Part shown: positions 39,493-50,674 of the stretch, piece after piece | Position numbering within the stretch: the stretch's first letter is position 1 | Layout: every line of letters starts with the position of its first letter | Program-made: the position numbers and the translations under genes | Source: Dimorphilus gyrociliatus | Taxonomy: Eukaryota; Animalia; Annelida | Reading direction: 5' to 3' | Assembly (NCBI GenBank): GCA_904063045.1 | Contig: CAJFCJ010000124.1 | Location: 27,233-89,022, forward strand | DNA: 61,790 nt | Notes under the pieces: generated by a model | What the model was told of the DNA's origin: nothing | The model's database searches: none | The model's input: the letters and a program-made list of their open reading frames with translations, nothing else

Positions 39493-40092
39493 ATGGAGAC
39501 TTCTCCCGAACCGTCCGATATTAACACGCTACAGAGAATCAGGAAGAGCGTCTTTTTGACAATTGCCAACACCAACGATTTAACTGACCACCAGGGAGGA
39601 TTTTTCCACAAAGTAAACACGTTCTTTGGCCAAAGATTGTGGAAGATAGAAAGAATAACCAATAATAATCCGATTGAAATTCGAGGAAGGCTGCAAAGCC
39701 TCTCACTACAGTGTGATCTCGACTACATACTCATCTACTTAATATCGAAAGGAAAAGGTCGGCATGCGTTTCTTTATGGTACGGAAGACGATCGATCAAT
39801 CGACGAGATGGACGTATCCGTCAATGAGATTATCTCCGTCTGTAATGGATTTTCTCGTAATGGAATTCTGCTATTAGCTGATCTTATTAATCCAGGTATT
39901 TCTTTCTAAGATATCATTGATTGATTGATTGATTGATAAATGATTTTTCCGTATTCTCCCAGATTTTATAAATATGAGATACCAGACAACGGGTAAACAA
40001 ATTAGTATACCTTCTCTTCCCGACGGAAGATGCTATATCCAAATATGCAATGTTGCAGGTTAGTAAAGAGAGATTTTTTTTGCAGTTCGTAA

Positions 40093-40135
<43 letters not shown>

Positions 40136-40300
40136 ATAGAATGTAGTCGCCGTACACCACTTTTACGTAGTCTTGCAACTGCAACTGAAACGTACAATGG
40201 AGATTCGTTAACTGATCTTCTTGATCAAGTTGCCCAAAATGTGGAGGTCGATGATATGACATTAGGCGAAAACTGGTTATTACAGCCAGTTAATCTATAA
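39493..40300 (+). CDS. Caspase-fold protein A2, catalytically inactive (3 exons)
   Basis: KSVFLTIAN (beta1), DYILIYLISKG (SHG becomes SKG), DVSVNEII, ILLLADLIN (QACRG lost). p10-like IPSLPDG..TPLLRSL..DSLTDLLDQVAQNV. Stop at 40298-40300. Confidence 0.75.
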
Positions 40301-40663
40301 GCTAACCACGATCTAAAAAGTCCAAAATAAGTTTGGTGATTGAGACGACTTAAGAAGGTCAACACTTAAGCTCGATTTGTGCCGTAGAACTATGCAGCCT
40401 GCCCAATGAGTCGCATTTTGTTTCTCTTCCCTTGGCCGTGTAATTGGCCAGGGATAGATGACTTGCCAAATGTCATATAACCTTATATGTTTATCAGAAT
40501 AAATGAGCGATTGTCATGTAAATAAACCTTAATTAAGACTGAATACTTCGTTCAATGCTATTTTATCTATATCACATCTACTCAAAACAAGTAATACATT
40601 AATTACATGTTTATTTGATCCTACTTATCTTTCATTCCCGCATACAGCTGCTTTATAAAATCA

Positions 40664-40848
40664 GGGTTAGGGTTACGAATTTCGTACACTTTTCGTTCGA
40701 AATAAGCCTATAAATTCTCAATGGAGTTAACGTCTGGTGAATTACGGAGATGATTCTCCTGCTGCCGGAGCCTCATCAAGTTTTCACCAAATTTCTCCTA
40801 AAATATTGGAAAAATTGTTCCGTGGATTCGGTATTGGGGTTAGGGTTA
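40664..40848 (-). mobile_element. Tc1/mariner fragment copy 2, flanked by (TTAGGG)2 on each side
   Basis: NSPDVNSIENL*AYFERKVY; paralog of 36685-36882. Confidence 0.6.
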
Positions 40849-41419
40849 ACCATATATCGATATTTTTGTCGGTAAATTTATGTATATGTATGTAAGTAGT
40901 TTGAAGAGTGGAAGGCGGATGTCTTCATAAACATTCGGTGTTCAAATTAACTCAGAAGAAGAAGAAAAAGAAGAAGAAGAAGAAGAGAAGAAACTGTAAT
41001 GAAAGTTACTTTAGCTATTTGGTCAAGAATCCAATGGTTAAGCGCTATTTTAAGGATAACGACTAGATTTATCACAAAACACTCTCTACCTCTCTTCCTT
41101 CAAACACAACGAACGAAGAAGAATTGAAGAAGATAATATAGAATCATTCGCTTACCGTAAATTCCGTAAAAAGGCGGCTTAAACAGCTAGAGGAGAAATG
41201 ATTTCAACTGTTGAGACGAGTTTCCCAAATGTTTGGTTAGTCAACAATGATTAAGCGTTTTCCGGGAGACGATGAGAAAGAAAAGGCCGTTAGTTCAATT
41301 ATGTCCTCGAAGAATTCTTTAAAGAGACTGATCCCATAGTCAGTTTCGAATTGTTATGTAAATCTGTATTGCGTCATTATGCGGTGAGATTTCATTCATT
41401 TAATCATAAAATAACCCTT

Positions 41420-41670
41420 TCAATATTTCGGTTCGCTTCCCCATATCATCCGCTTTCACGTCTGTTTAATCCTCTATCTTCCGTCAATTTTCTCACTTAA
41501 TCTAGTAATAGACAGACACAGAGAGAGAGATGATTAAATAGAAAAGAAGATCTGTCATTACCGCTCGCCGTACCATAGACAATATAGAAATGAAGATGAT
41601 TATCTTTCTCGTTCAACAATAGTCGAAAGATATCGTTGAATTGCCAAAGCGTTTCATCTCGGACGTCTCC
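41420..41670 (-). pseudogene. Caspase-fold family B p10 fragment
   Basis: Matches B1 exon 38300-38410 (..HLHFYIVYG) and part of the next exon; the rest is absent. Confidence 0.6.
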
Positions 41671-42012
41671 AACTAAGTATGCTGTCAGGAGAATTCTTCT
41701 ACATTACTCTATACACCTGGTTAGATAGCAAAGGTAGAATCCAGTGCGTAGAGCGGTCGTCTTAGTAATCTTCTAAGTTTGGTAAACTCCTCCTATCGTC
41801 TATACAGTAATTCTCTAAAATACAAATGTAGCGTTTTGTTAGTTTGCCAACAGGGACATCATCCAAGCGGTAAAGCATTTTACTGCATTCGACGAAAGAG
41901 ACGATGGCAAACAATCCTCACGATTAGCCCCAATCAAAAAATAAAATACTATAGTCTATGATAAAAAGGAAAGGAGTGTAATTCCACTTTGAATATACGC
42001 AAAACTTGTATC

Positions 42013-42055
<43 letters not shown>

Positions 42056-42609
42056 GAGATAAAGCAAAAGAGTTAATATCAAAGATACGACAATAGACAA
42101 TATTTGTCGACGGCATTCTAGTATGACGCAAATGTGCTTTTTATCTCTTCCTCTTCTCCTTTATCGGTAATCATTCTCTTATCTCTCCTATTAGTAACTA
42201 CTCTACAGAGTAACGGCAACTAGACAACAAATACACCAAGAATCTCGATCTTTTTACGAGGCGACAAGCAAAACGGATTCCAAATGTTGTCTTTCCGATT
42301 TCCGTTGACAAACAATACAAACTAAATTTTCATCGTATGGACGTTTTGACGCGAAATCTGAGAATTTACACGAATTGTTATGATCTTTGTGAAAAAGGAA
42401 GACTAACAAAATATCCAACTTGAAACTTTAAATGAAAATCTGATATCCGTGTTTGCAAGACGTCGCTCTGCCATTTTAATCCGAGTCGTATCAATTCTAA
42501 TAGACATTTGGCGTCTATCGTTCTACTCTTCACCTACAAACTGTTTTTAAAATATTCTCTTTATTATAATTTTGTTAATAAATCATATGTATCATTCACC
42601 TTAAAGAAG

Positions 42610-42642
<33 letters not shown>

Positions 42643-42751
42643 GGAATGAAAGGGAAAAATAAAGAGGACAACGAGTAGAGAATCAGCAATTAGTTAGGCA
42701 ATAGTGAAGGTTAAGGTAATTAGTAAACAATAGGTAAATTACTTTTTATAA

Positions 42752-42833
42752 GCAGTCGTGGCCGAGTGGTTAAGGCGATAGACTAGAAATCTATTGGGCT
42801 CTGCCCGCACAGGTTCGAATCCTGTCGACTGCG
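42752..42833 (+). tRNA. tRNA-Ser-AGA: tRNA-Ser (anticodon AGA)
   Basis: Identical 82-nt sequence to 35313-35394, and shares about 70 bp of 3' flank. Confidence 0.95.
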
Positions 42834-42890
42834 AAAAATATTCTCTTTTTTCTTTAATTTTTCTTCTTTTGCAAACAATCAAAGTTTGTC

Positions 42891-42960
<70 letters not shown>

Positions 42961-42989
42961 GCAAAACGTATTTTTCTTTCTAGTTTGAT

Positions 42990-44041
42990 TTACATCATGT
43001 GCATATAAAATCTCTGTCGGAGAGTATCGAAAACTACCGGAGTTTGTCCCTCGTAGTAGCTCTCCTTTGCGGTTTCTTTTAAAATCCTTTTAGTTTCCCA
43101 CATAATCTGCTTTAAATCCATCTGTGGATTCTCTCCAACAGCTTTCACGTAACTTTGTACAAACCACGATCCATTTTCGTCTCCAAGACAATCGAAACCT
43201 AAAAGAAGATGAAGAATGGAGAATGAAGAAAGAGAAGAGAAAAATCTTACCCGGTTCTGTACTGAAAACTATGTAAATGTCGGGTGAATCTTGCAGTGTT
43301 GTTATCTCTCGAGTAAGTTGATTGAAGAGCGAAAGAGTAGAGATTGTTTGTCCTTGTTGTTGATATTTTCCGATGATAAAGAAACTCATTAAATCGAAAT
43401 GTACTCTACGATACGACAATATATCTCGAATACTTAAAACAATTGATATGGAAGAATTGTTTGGCATTTCCAACGAGATTGTCCTCAAATCCGACATATC
43501 CACAATGAAGTAAACAAATATTGATCTTCTTGTCTTTCGTTTGCCATCGTCGTTGTAGACTGAGTGTAAAAACTTTCTAATCTCTTCATGATTAGGATTT
43601 CGAAGAAATTCTACTTTGTAGTGAAGACTCTTCATCAGTTTTTGCAGTAGGTTTAGATCACATTCAGTTTGTCGTGTAACGAAAGCGCCGGTCGCTACAA
43701 ACAAGATAAACAGACAAATTGCTTCATTCGGACAGGTAGAATTCGATGTAGTAGTTGTCGGAGCATCCTGTGGTGGTGTAGAGCCTAAAGAATAGAATGA
43801 CCAATCAAGACAAAAGATGACGACGACGACGAATCATTTTAAAAGCGTTTCTTTCCGCTGCTTACCTTTTCTTTCGCCCTGGAAACTGATTAACAAATAC
43901 AAGATATTGGAATGGATTAAAATTGAAAAGAATAAACAAGATATGAATTAAAAGATAAGGTAAGAAAACTTACATAAAGGGCATGATGTCTTGATGATTA
44001 ATCTTTCCGCAAAAGTGAAAATAGGATTGCCCTCTAACCAT
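42990..44041 (-). CDS. Caspase-fold protein B2, catalytically inactive (4 exons)
   Basis: Exons 44041-43974, a ~20-nt microexon near 43865-43885, ~43780-43250 and ~43200-42990 splice in frame. Motifs AICLFILFV, DLNLLQKLMKSLHYKVEF, SIFVYFIVDM (no His), MSFFIIGKY (no Cys), DIYIVFSTEPG, canonical p10 GSWFVQ, TPVVFDTLRQ. Confidence 0.8.
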
Positions 44042-44047
44042 ATACAC

Positions 44048-44066
44048 ATATAACCAGAGGTTATAT
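44048..44066. promoter_or_regulatory. Perfect palindrome ATATAACC-aga-GGTTATAT between the divergent starts of B2 and C; candidate bidirectional core element
   Basis: 8-bp inverted repeat with a 3-nt spacer and TATA-like on both strands, inside the 59-bp gap between the two predicted ATGs. Function is inferred. Confidence 0.4.
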
Positions 44067-44100
44067 AACGTACTACTTAATTTTTTCACTAATTGACCGG

Positions 44101-44864
44101 ATGTGCCAGGTGCAAAACGAGGTAGGATGATAATCATTGCATTTCCCCTTTTCTTCTTCTTCTTCTACTAGTAATACTACTACTACTACTACTACTTCTT
44201 TAGTTTCAAATTCTGGCCAATTCAAAGTGCTTTGTGCGAGTATTCAATACAGCGGAGAACCGTGAAGATCGTGAAAATGACGATCAATTAAAGATGATAC
44301 AGATGGAAGAGTATTTAACGGAGAAAATGTGGATAGCGGTAAGTTTGAAGAATAAATCTCGTTCGACGATCGAAAGCTCGTTTACCAGTTTATCTTTATC
44401 CAATCCGCAATGCGTGGTTGCCTACATTAATTCGGCAATGGATAACGGCGGAATACGTTGTCGTGAAGGAGGCCTACTAAACGTGAATACTGCTATCCAA
44501 CTCCTTCGAAGACATTCTCAATATCCTCTATTTTTTATTATGGAAGCTACCAATGGATTAGGTTAGACACAAAAACAAACAAACACTCACAATGTTAATA
44601 TTGTTCCTATTCCATTCATTCATTCATTAATATTCCTTCATTCATCCAGCGAACAACGGAGACGACACAGAGAGTGAGACGTTTCCCTGCAGCAACCTTT
44701 ACAAAGTGGTGTGCGACGGCCGGCAACAATCATTTTTACTCAACAGTCTACTGAATGAAATGACTGCCGACGTCCAATACGTTAACGATATGATTGACGC
44801 GGCAATAATAAACGCCAACAGAGCATTGACAATGGATAATCTTTCAGATAAAGTGTTAATTTGA
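44101..44864 (+). CDS. Caspase-fold protein C, catalytically inactive (3 exons)
   Basis: MCQVQNE, intron 44122-44203, then FQILANSKCFVRVFN..QCVVAYINSA (no His)..GGLLNVNTAIQLL..PLFFIMEATNG (QACRG becomes EATNG), intron, then ..QSFLLNSLLNEM..VNDMIDAA..*. Confidence 0.7.
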
Positions 44865-44939
44865 CTACAATACATCATCCATAGCAAATTGTTGAAAAAG
44901 AAAAGCATTTTAGAGCTTTAGTTTGTTTTTTTTTATCAT

Positions 44940-45529
44940 AAATAATCCAACTTTTTCGGAGGGTGTCGAAAACAATTGGAACGTTTCTACTATTGTAGTT
45001 TTCTCCCAACGTCTCTTCGAGATTCCGTTTGCAAAAAATCCCTGCAAACTCTACCAAAATACAAATAATTGTAGGAATGGAAAAATTTTTCCCATTTTCT
45101 CATATCGTTTAGCATGGGCTGAGTTTGATTGGGGGAAGTTCCATCATTAATCCCTATTACAATTGCAATACCTGTCTGTTCTGCCTATAACGATAACACT
45201 GTTAATGGTTTGCCTGCCAGTTTTTTATGGAAAAATGAAAAGACAAAACTTACGGTATCAACACAACAGAATTGGTCGTCATTGCTGTTGTCCTCTTTCA
45301 AAGGATTCAATAGTTCAGTATCTTCTTTCTTTTCAGGATAGTCAAACCACAGAACATCATTTTCAGTTCTACTTAGAAATTGACAATCAGCTACTTTGAA
45401 TGAAAAAGCATCATCATCAGGTTGTTGTTGTTGTTGTTGTATATCAGCTTCTATTCCTTTAACCCTAACCCTGTTAATATATTCCTCATTTCCCATATTT
45501 TCGTCAGATTCAAAAGACCAGTCAACCAT
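44940..45529 (-). pseudogene. Caspase-fold family B copy 3 with an internal frameshifting deletion
   Basis: Acidic N-terminus with a poly-Q run and GIAIVIGIN..DMRKWEKFFHSYNY, joined directly and out of frame to the end of p10 (NLEETLGENY..TLRK) at about 45030. Confidence 0.75.
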
Positions 45530-45751
45530 CAATTATATGTTAGGTTACTAGTTGACATTTACCATTATCACATCCGGTTAATCGATGGTTTTAAGTAAAA
45601 TCCTGTGTGTATAAGCAGTGCTTTTCAGACATTAAACAGTTGACAAACACAATAGCGTTCACTTTTTCTTATCTCAATCTTATCATCCCATAATTAAGAT
45701 AAGATTGAGATTTTTGAATCTGACGAATAACATAGCACTATCCATTTCAAG

Positions 45752-46385
45752 ATGCAGGCTTTCTTCCATCCATTGGATGTTATACCGATAGGCAGAATGA
45801 GGAAGGGCGTCTTTTTGACAATTGCTAATCCCTCCGAGTTAAGTGAAAAACAGACAGGATATTGCAACATCGTAAACTCGTTCTTCGAGGAGAGATTGTC
45901 CGAAATTGTTAACATCCCAAATAATCATCCAACCGAAATCCGAAGAAACCTTCAAAATCTAACAGTCCAATATCATCCCGATTACTTGCTCGTCTACTTA
46001 AAGTGGAAAGGAAAAGGGCAGCACACGTATCTTTATGGAACAGAACACGATCGATTAATCGACGAAATGGACGTATCTGTCAATGAGATCATCTCCATTT
46101 GTAATAGCTATTGCAATCCTACCAATATTCTCCTATTAGCCGATCTTATTAGTCCAGGTAGTTCTTTCTTTGCTTTTTTTTTTATAATAGGGCCTCTTAA
46201 GATATGATTGCTGATTGATAAATAATTTCTTCCGTATTCTTCCAGATTTCATCAATATGGGCTATAGGATGACGGGTAAACAAACATGTGTGCCTTCTCT
46301 TCCCGACGGAAGATGCTATATCCAAATTTGCAATGTGGCAGGTTTGTAAAGAGAGATTTATTTCCAAAGAATTCTTGTTATTGTA

Positions 46386-46418
<33 letters not shown>

Positions 46419-46586
46419 ATAGAAAGTGCGGAACTTTTAACACCACTTCTACGTGGTCTTTCAACTACAATTGAAACGTACAACGGAGAATCGCTAACTG
46501 ATCTTCTTGACCAAGTTACTCAAGGTGTGGAGGACAATCACTTGACATTTAGTGGAAACTGGTTGTCAGGGCCAGTTAGCCTGTAA
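45752..46586 (+). CDS. Caspase-fold protein A3, catalytically inactive (3 exons)
   Basis: RKGVFLTIAN, DYLLVYLKWKG, ILLLADLISP; same intron positions as A2; stop at 46584-46586. Confidence 0.75.
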
Positions 46587-47244
46587 GGAAAGAGAGTTCT
46601 TACGATCAGGTTTCAACTCAGGTATCCCACGATGTATATATATACAGTATATACCGTATAAGCAGTATACTTAGTCAATTATCACAATGACTAGTGTTTG
46701 CGAGATGCCAAGTTTAAGCTGGTACATCTTTACGTCACATTGGGAAAGGAAGAACAATTACGAGAAATAAAAACAGGCCGCCATTCGATTTATGCTATAT
46801 AATTACAAACTAAGGTCATATTACCCCAGCCAACAAGATCAATGAACGAAGAAGAACTATACGGAGAGATGCAACGGATATAAGCCGGATAACCCTGCCC
46901 GAATGAGTTTCACTCATTTCGTTCGTCTACCACTGGGCCCGTATAATTAATGGCCACCACGAAACGACTAGTTTTGGTCATGTGCCCAAGTTGAAGACTC
47001 CAACATGTTAACTAACGTTATACTTGTAAACGCGGTGTTACTATTTGAAAAACCTCAGTTCAGAGACTGAAGATTTTATCATTCGTTCTAGGCTATTTTA
47101 TCCATATCACATCTACCCAAGAAATAACTATATACACTTTTTATACGAAATACATTAATTACATTTTTATTTGATCTTTGTCAAATAGATATTTCACTTA
47201 TCAAAGCATCTTTCATTCCTTCATACTGGTGTTTTATAAAATCA

Positions 47245-47448
47245 GGGTTAGGGTTAGGGTTAGGGTTAGGGTTACGAATTTCATTCACTTTTCCTTTTGA
47301 AATAACCCTATAAATTCTCAATGGGATCAACATCTGGTGAATTACGGAGATCATTCTCCTCCTGCCTCAGCCTCATAAAGTTCTCACCAAATTTCTCCCT
47401 AAATATTGGAAAAATTGTTCCGTGGATTCGGCGTTGGGGTTAGGGTTA
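47245..47448 (-). mobile_element. Tc1/mariner fragment copy 3, flanked by (TTAGGG)5 and (TTAGGG)2
   Basis: Near-identical to 36685-36882 with one extra telomeric unit. Confidence 0.6.
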
Positions 47449-48199
47449 ACCATATATGCATATTTTTGTCGGCACCTTTATATATATGCTAGATGAACTT
47501 ACTTGAGTTAAGCTTCTTCAGTATCGGAATATATCGGAAAAAGGAGAAGGAGACGACGAGTTTGCCGGAGAAAGAATGTTCAACATATGCGGAAAGAATT
47601 TCATTCTCTTTTCAGAGTAGTTTCAAGAGTGGAAGACGCCTGCCTTCATAAACATTCAGTGTTCAAATTAACTCAGAAGAAGAAGAAGAAGAAGAAGAAG
47701 AGATAACGATTAGATTTCTCACAAAACACTCCACCTCTCTTCCTTCAAACACAACGAACGAAGAAGAATTGAAGAAGATAATATTGAATCATTCGCTTAC
47801 CGTAAATTCCGTAAAAAGGCGGCTTAAACAGCTAGATTAGAAATGATTATAACTGTTGAGACGAGTTTCCCAAATCTTTCGTTAGTCAACAATGATTAAG
47901 CGTTTTCCGGGAGACGATGAGAAAGAAAAGGCCGTTAGTTCAATTATGTCCTCGAAGAATTCTTTGAAGAGACAGAATTGTTATGTAAGTCTGTATTTCT
48001 TCATTACGCCGAAGGATTTTGTTGAGTTTAAACAAAAAATGACTCTTTCATTATTCAAAATTTCATCATCATGGCAATCAATCCTTAATGTTGCAGTACT
48101 AACATATATACTTTATTGTATATTGAGATATTTATCATGGTCAAATTCCACTCCTTTGTACGGTATCAAAATTTTGTTGAATGACAAAAACAATCGGTT

Positions 48200-48790
48200 C
48201 GTTTCTCCTTTTAACCCTGATTTAACCAATTCTCTCATCAATATTTTGCTTCGCTTCCCGTATCATCCTTTTTCACGTCTGTTTAATCCTCTATCTTCCG
48301 TCAACGTTCTCAGATAATTTAGTAATAGTAATAGGCAGACAGAGAGAGACAGAGAGAGAGAGAGAGATGATTAAAGAGAAAAGAAAATTTCTCATTACCG
48401 CTCGCCCTACCGTAGACAACATAGAAATGAAGATGATTATCTTTCTCGTTCAACAATAGTCGAAAGATATCGTTGAATTGCCAAGGCGCTTCCTCACGGA
48501 CGTCTTCAACTGGATTGCGTGAATATTGACTGGAATAAGAACGGATTGCTTTCTTTCATAGTGGAGATTAATTCCATCATATTCGATATTCAACGTTTGC
48601 AGCTTTGGAATATGGAAGAGAAAGTGGATAAAGAATTCATAGGAGAAGAATGAGAAGATTTTTCCATTTTTCAACTGTAATTTTCATGGATGGAGTTTCT
48701 CTGGCGAAACTCGTCTATGGATATTTCACTATTAGAACTGCAATACAAGTTTTAATCGTCTAGGAGACTAACGCTGTCCAACATTCTGTC
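48200..48790 (-). pseudogene. Caspase-fold family B copy 4, decayed
   Basis: The HLHFYVVYG exon (48400-48510) matches B1. Upstream are a degenerate CIAVLIV.. and a frameshifted KWK/WEKFF-like segment. Confidence 0.55.
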
Positions 48791-49019
48791 AAATTGTTGT
48801 TAAATAATAGTTCTGCTTATTTACAATTATACTGCTTTGATATCAGGTCATAAATAGATAATCATATAATTTCTCATATTTAAAATCAGGGATAGCTGAA
48901 GTTGAGTCATCGGTTGATATTATCAATCTTAGCACTCGGTGTTTGGATTACGTGTAATACAGTACCGGAGGCAAATGACAAAGAAGCGGCTATCGTGACC
49001 TAGCACTATCCATTTCAAG

Positions 49020-49842
49020 ATGCAGGCTTCCTTCCATCCATTGGATGTTTTACCGTTAGGAAGAAAGAGGAAGGGCGTCTTTTTGACAATTGCTAATCCC
49101 TTCGAGTTAACTGAAGAACAGGGAAGATATTGCAACAACGTAAACTCGTTCTTCCGCCAAAGATTGTGCAAGATTGAAAACATGACGAGTAACGATCCGA
49201 TTGAAATTCAAAGAAAGCTCCAACATCTAACACTCCAATATCATCCCAATTACATGTTCATCTATTTAAAATGGAAAGGTCAAGGACAGCATTCGTTTCT
49301 TTATGGTACTGATTACAATCGTTTAGTGGACGGAATGGACGTATCCGTAAATGAGATCATTTCCATTTGTAACAGGTATTGCAATCCTACCAATATTCTC
49401 CTATTAGCCGATCTTATTAATCCAGGTAGTAGTAGTTCTTTGTTGCTATATTTTTGTAATAGGGGGAATCTTAAGATATGATCAATTGATTGATTGATTG
49501 ATAAATGACTTTTTCCGTATTCTTCCAGATTTCATTAATATGGGCTATAAAATGACGGGTAAACAAAGTAGTATACCTTCTCTTCCCGACGGAAGATGCT
49601 ATATCCAAATTTGCAATGTTGCTGGTGAGTAGAGAGAGATTTTTTTTGCAGTTCGTAATCTCTCTCTCTCTCTCTTTATAGAATGTAGCCGCCGTACACC
49701 ACTTTTACGTAGTCTTTCAACTGCAATTGAAACGTACAATGGAGATTCGTTAACTGATCTTCTTGATCAATTTGCGCAGGATGTGGAAGAAGATTATGAG
49801 ACACTAGGTGGAAACTTATTGTCGCTGCCTGTCCTCTTCTAG
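49020..49842 (+). CDS. Caspase-fold protein A4, catalytically inactive (3 exons)
   Basis: RKGVFLTIAN, NYMFIYLKWKG, ILLLADLINP; same introns; TAG at 49840-49842. Confidence 0.75.
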
Positions 49843-50674
49843 TAGAGGAAGAGAGTTCGTAGAAAGGTGTTGCAAAGGATTTTCTGTAGAATACGAATTA
49901 GGCGGACGAAAGACGCAAGAATGATGCCGATTGATTGGTCAAATTTCTTCATCGGAACCTAGCTAAAAGAGAAGAAAATGATATAAACTATCTGCTAAGT
50001 CTGCTGTCAGGAGAATTCTTCTACGTCATACATCATGTTATATAGCAAAGGTAGAATCATTCAGTGCGTAGCAATCTTCGGAGTTTGGTAAACTTCTCCT
50101 TTATATTGTTTTGTGAATTCAGAAGAATTTCTTAGAAAATAAACATTTATCTTGAAATGTAAACATTTTGTAAACGCTTTCATATTATCGCTACACTTCC
50201 GATGCGGGGTAAAAAAAATGCGGTGTCCATATTTGTTTTGTTCTATCTTTCGAATGTTTCGAAGTAAAAAGTTTCCATCTTTTTAATTCAACTAGAAATT
50301 CCTTGATATCCTCGTTGTATCGATGAAGAGAGGAAAGTTTTTCAATAATCGTAGCCTGAATGGAAGAAGAAGAAGAGACGGAATTTAAAAAGGAAAAATC
50401 TCTGACGAACGAATTATTGAAGAAGATAAAACGGAATCATTCACTTACCGTAAGTAAGGGAAAAAGCCGGCTTAAACTGTTAGAGAAGAAATGATTACAA
50501 CTGTTCAGATGAGTTTGTAAAATCCTCTTCCGGGATTCGATGAGAAAGAAGAAATATCAAAAAACCTTTTCGTCCAATTATGTTCTTAAAGAATTCTTTA
50601 AAGAGACTGTATCCGCCCATTCAACGACTAACGCGTTAACCGCCATTTCAGCACAGCAATTCCTAGAATAAAGT

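Noticed and set aside
41780-42560. Possible minus-strand gene fragment (VKSRTIDAKCLLELIRLGLKWQ..; ..YICILENYCIDDRRSLPNLEDY*)
   Set aside because: I could not assemble a consistent open splice chain or assign a family.
47892-48317. 141-aa plus-strand ORF
   Set aside because: It is antisense to relic exons, and the paralogous copies (37400, 41250) carry stops, so it is not conserved as a CDS.
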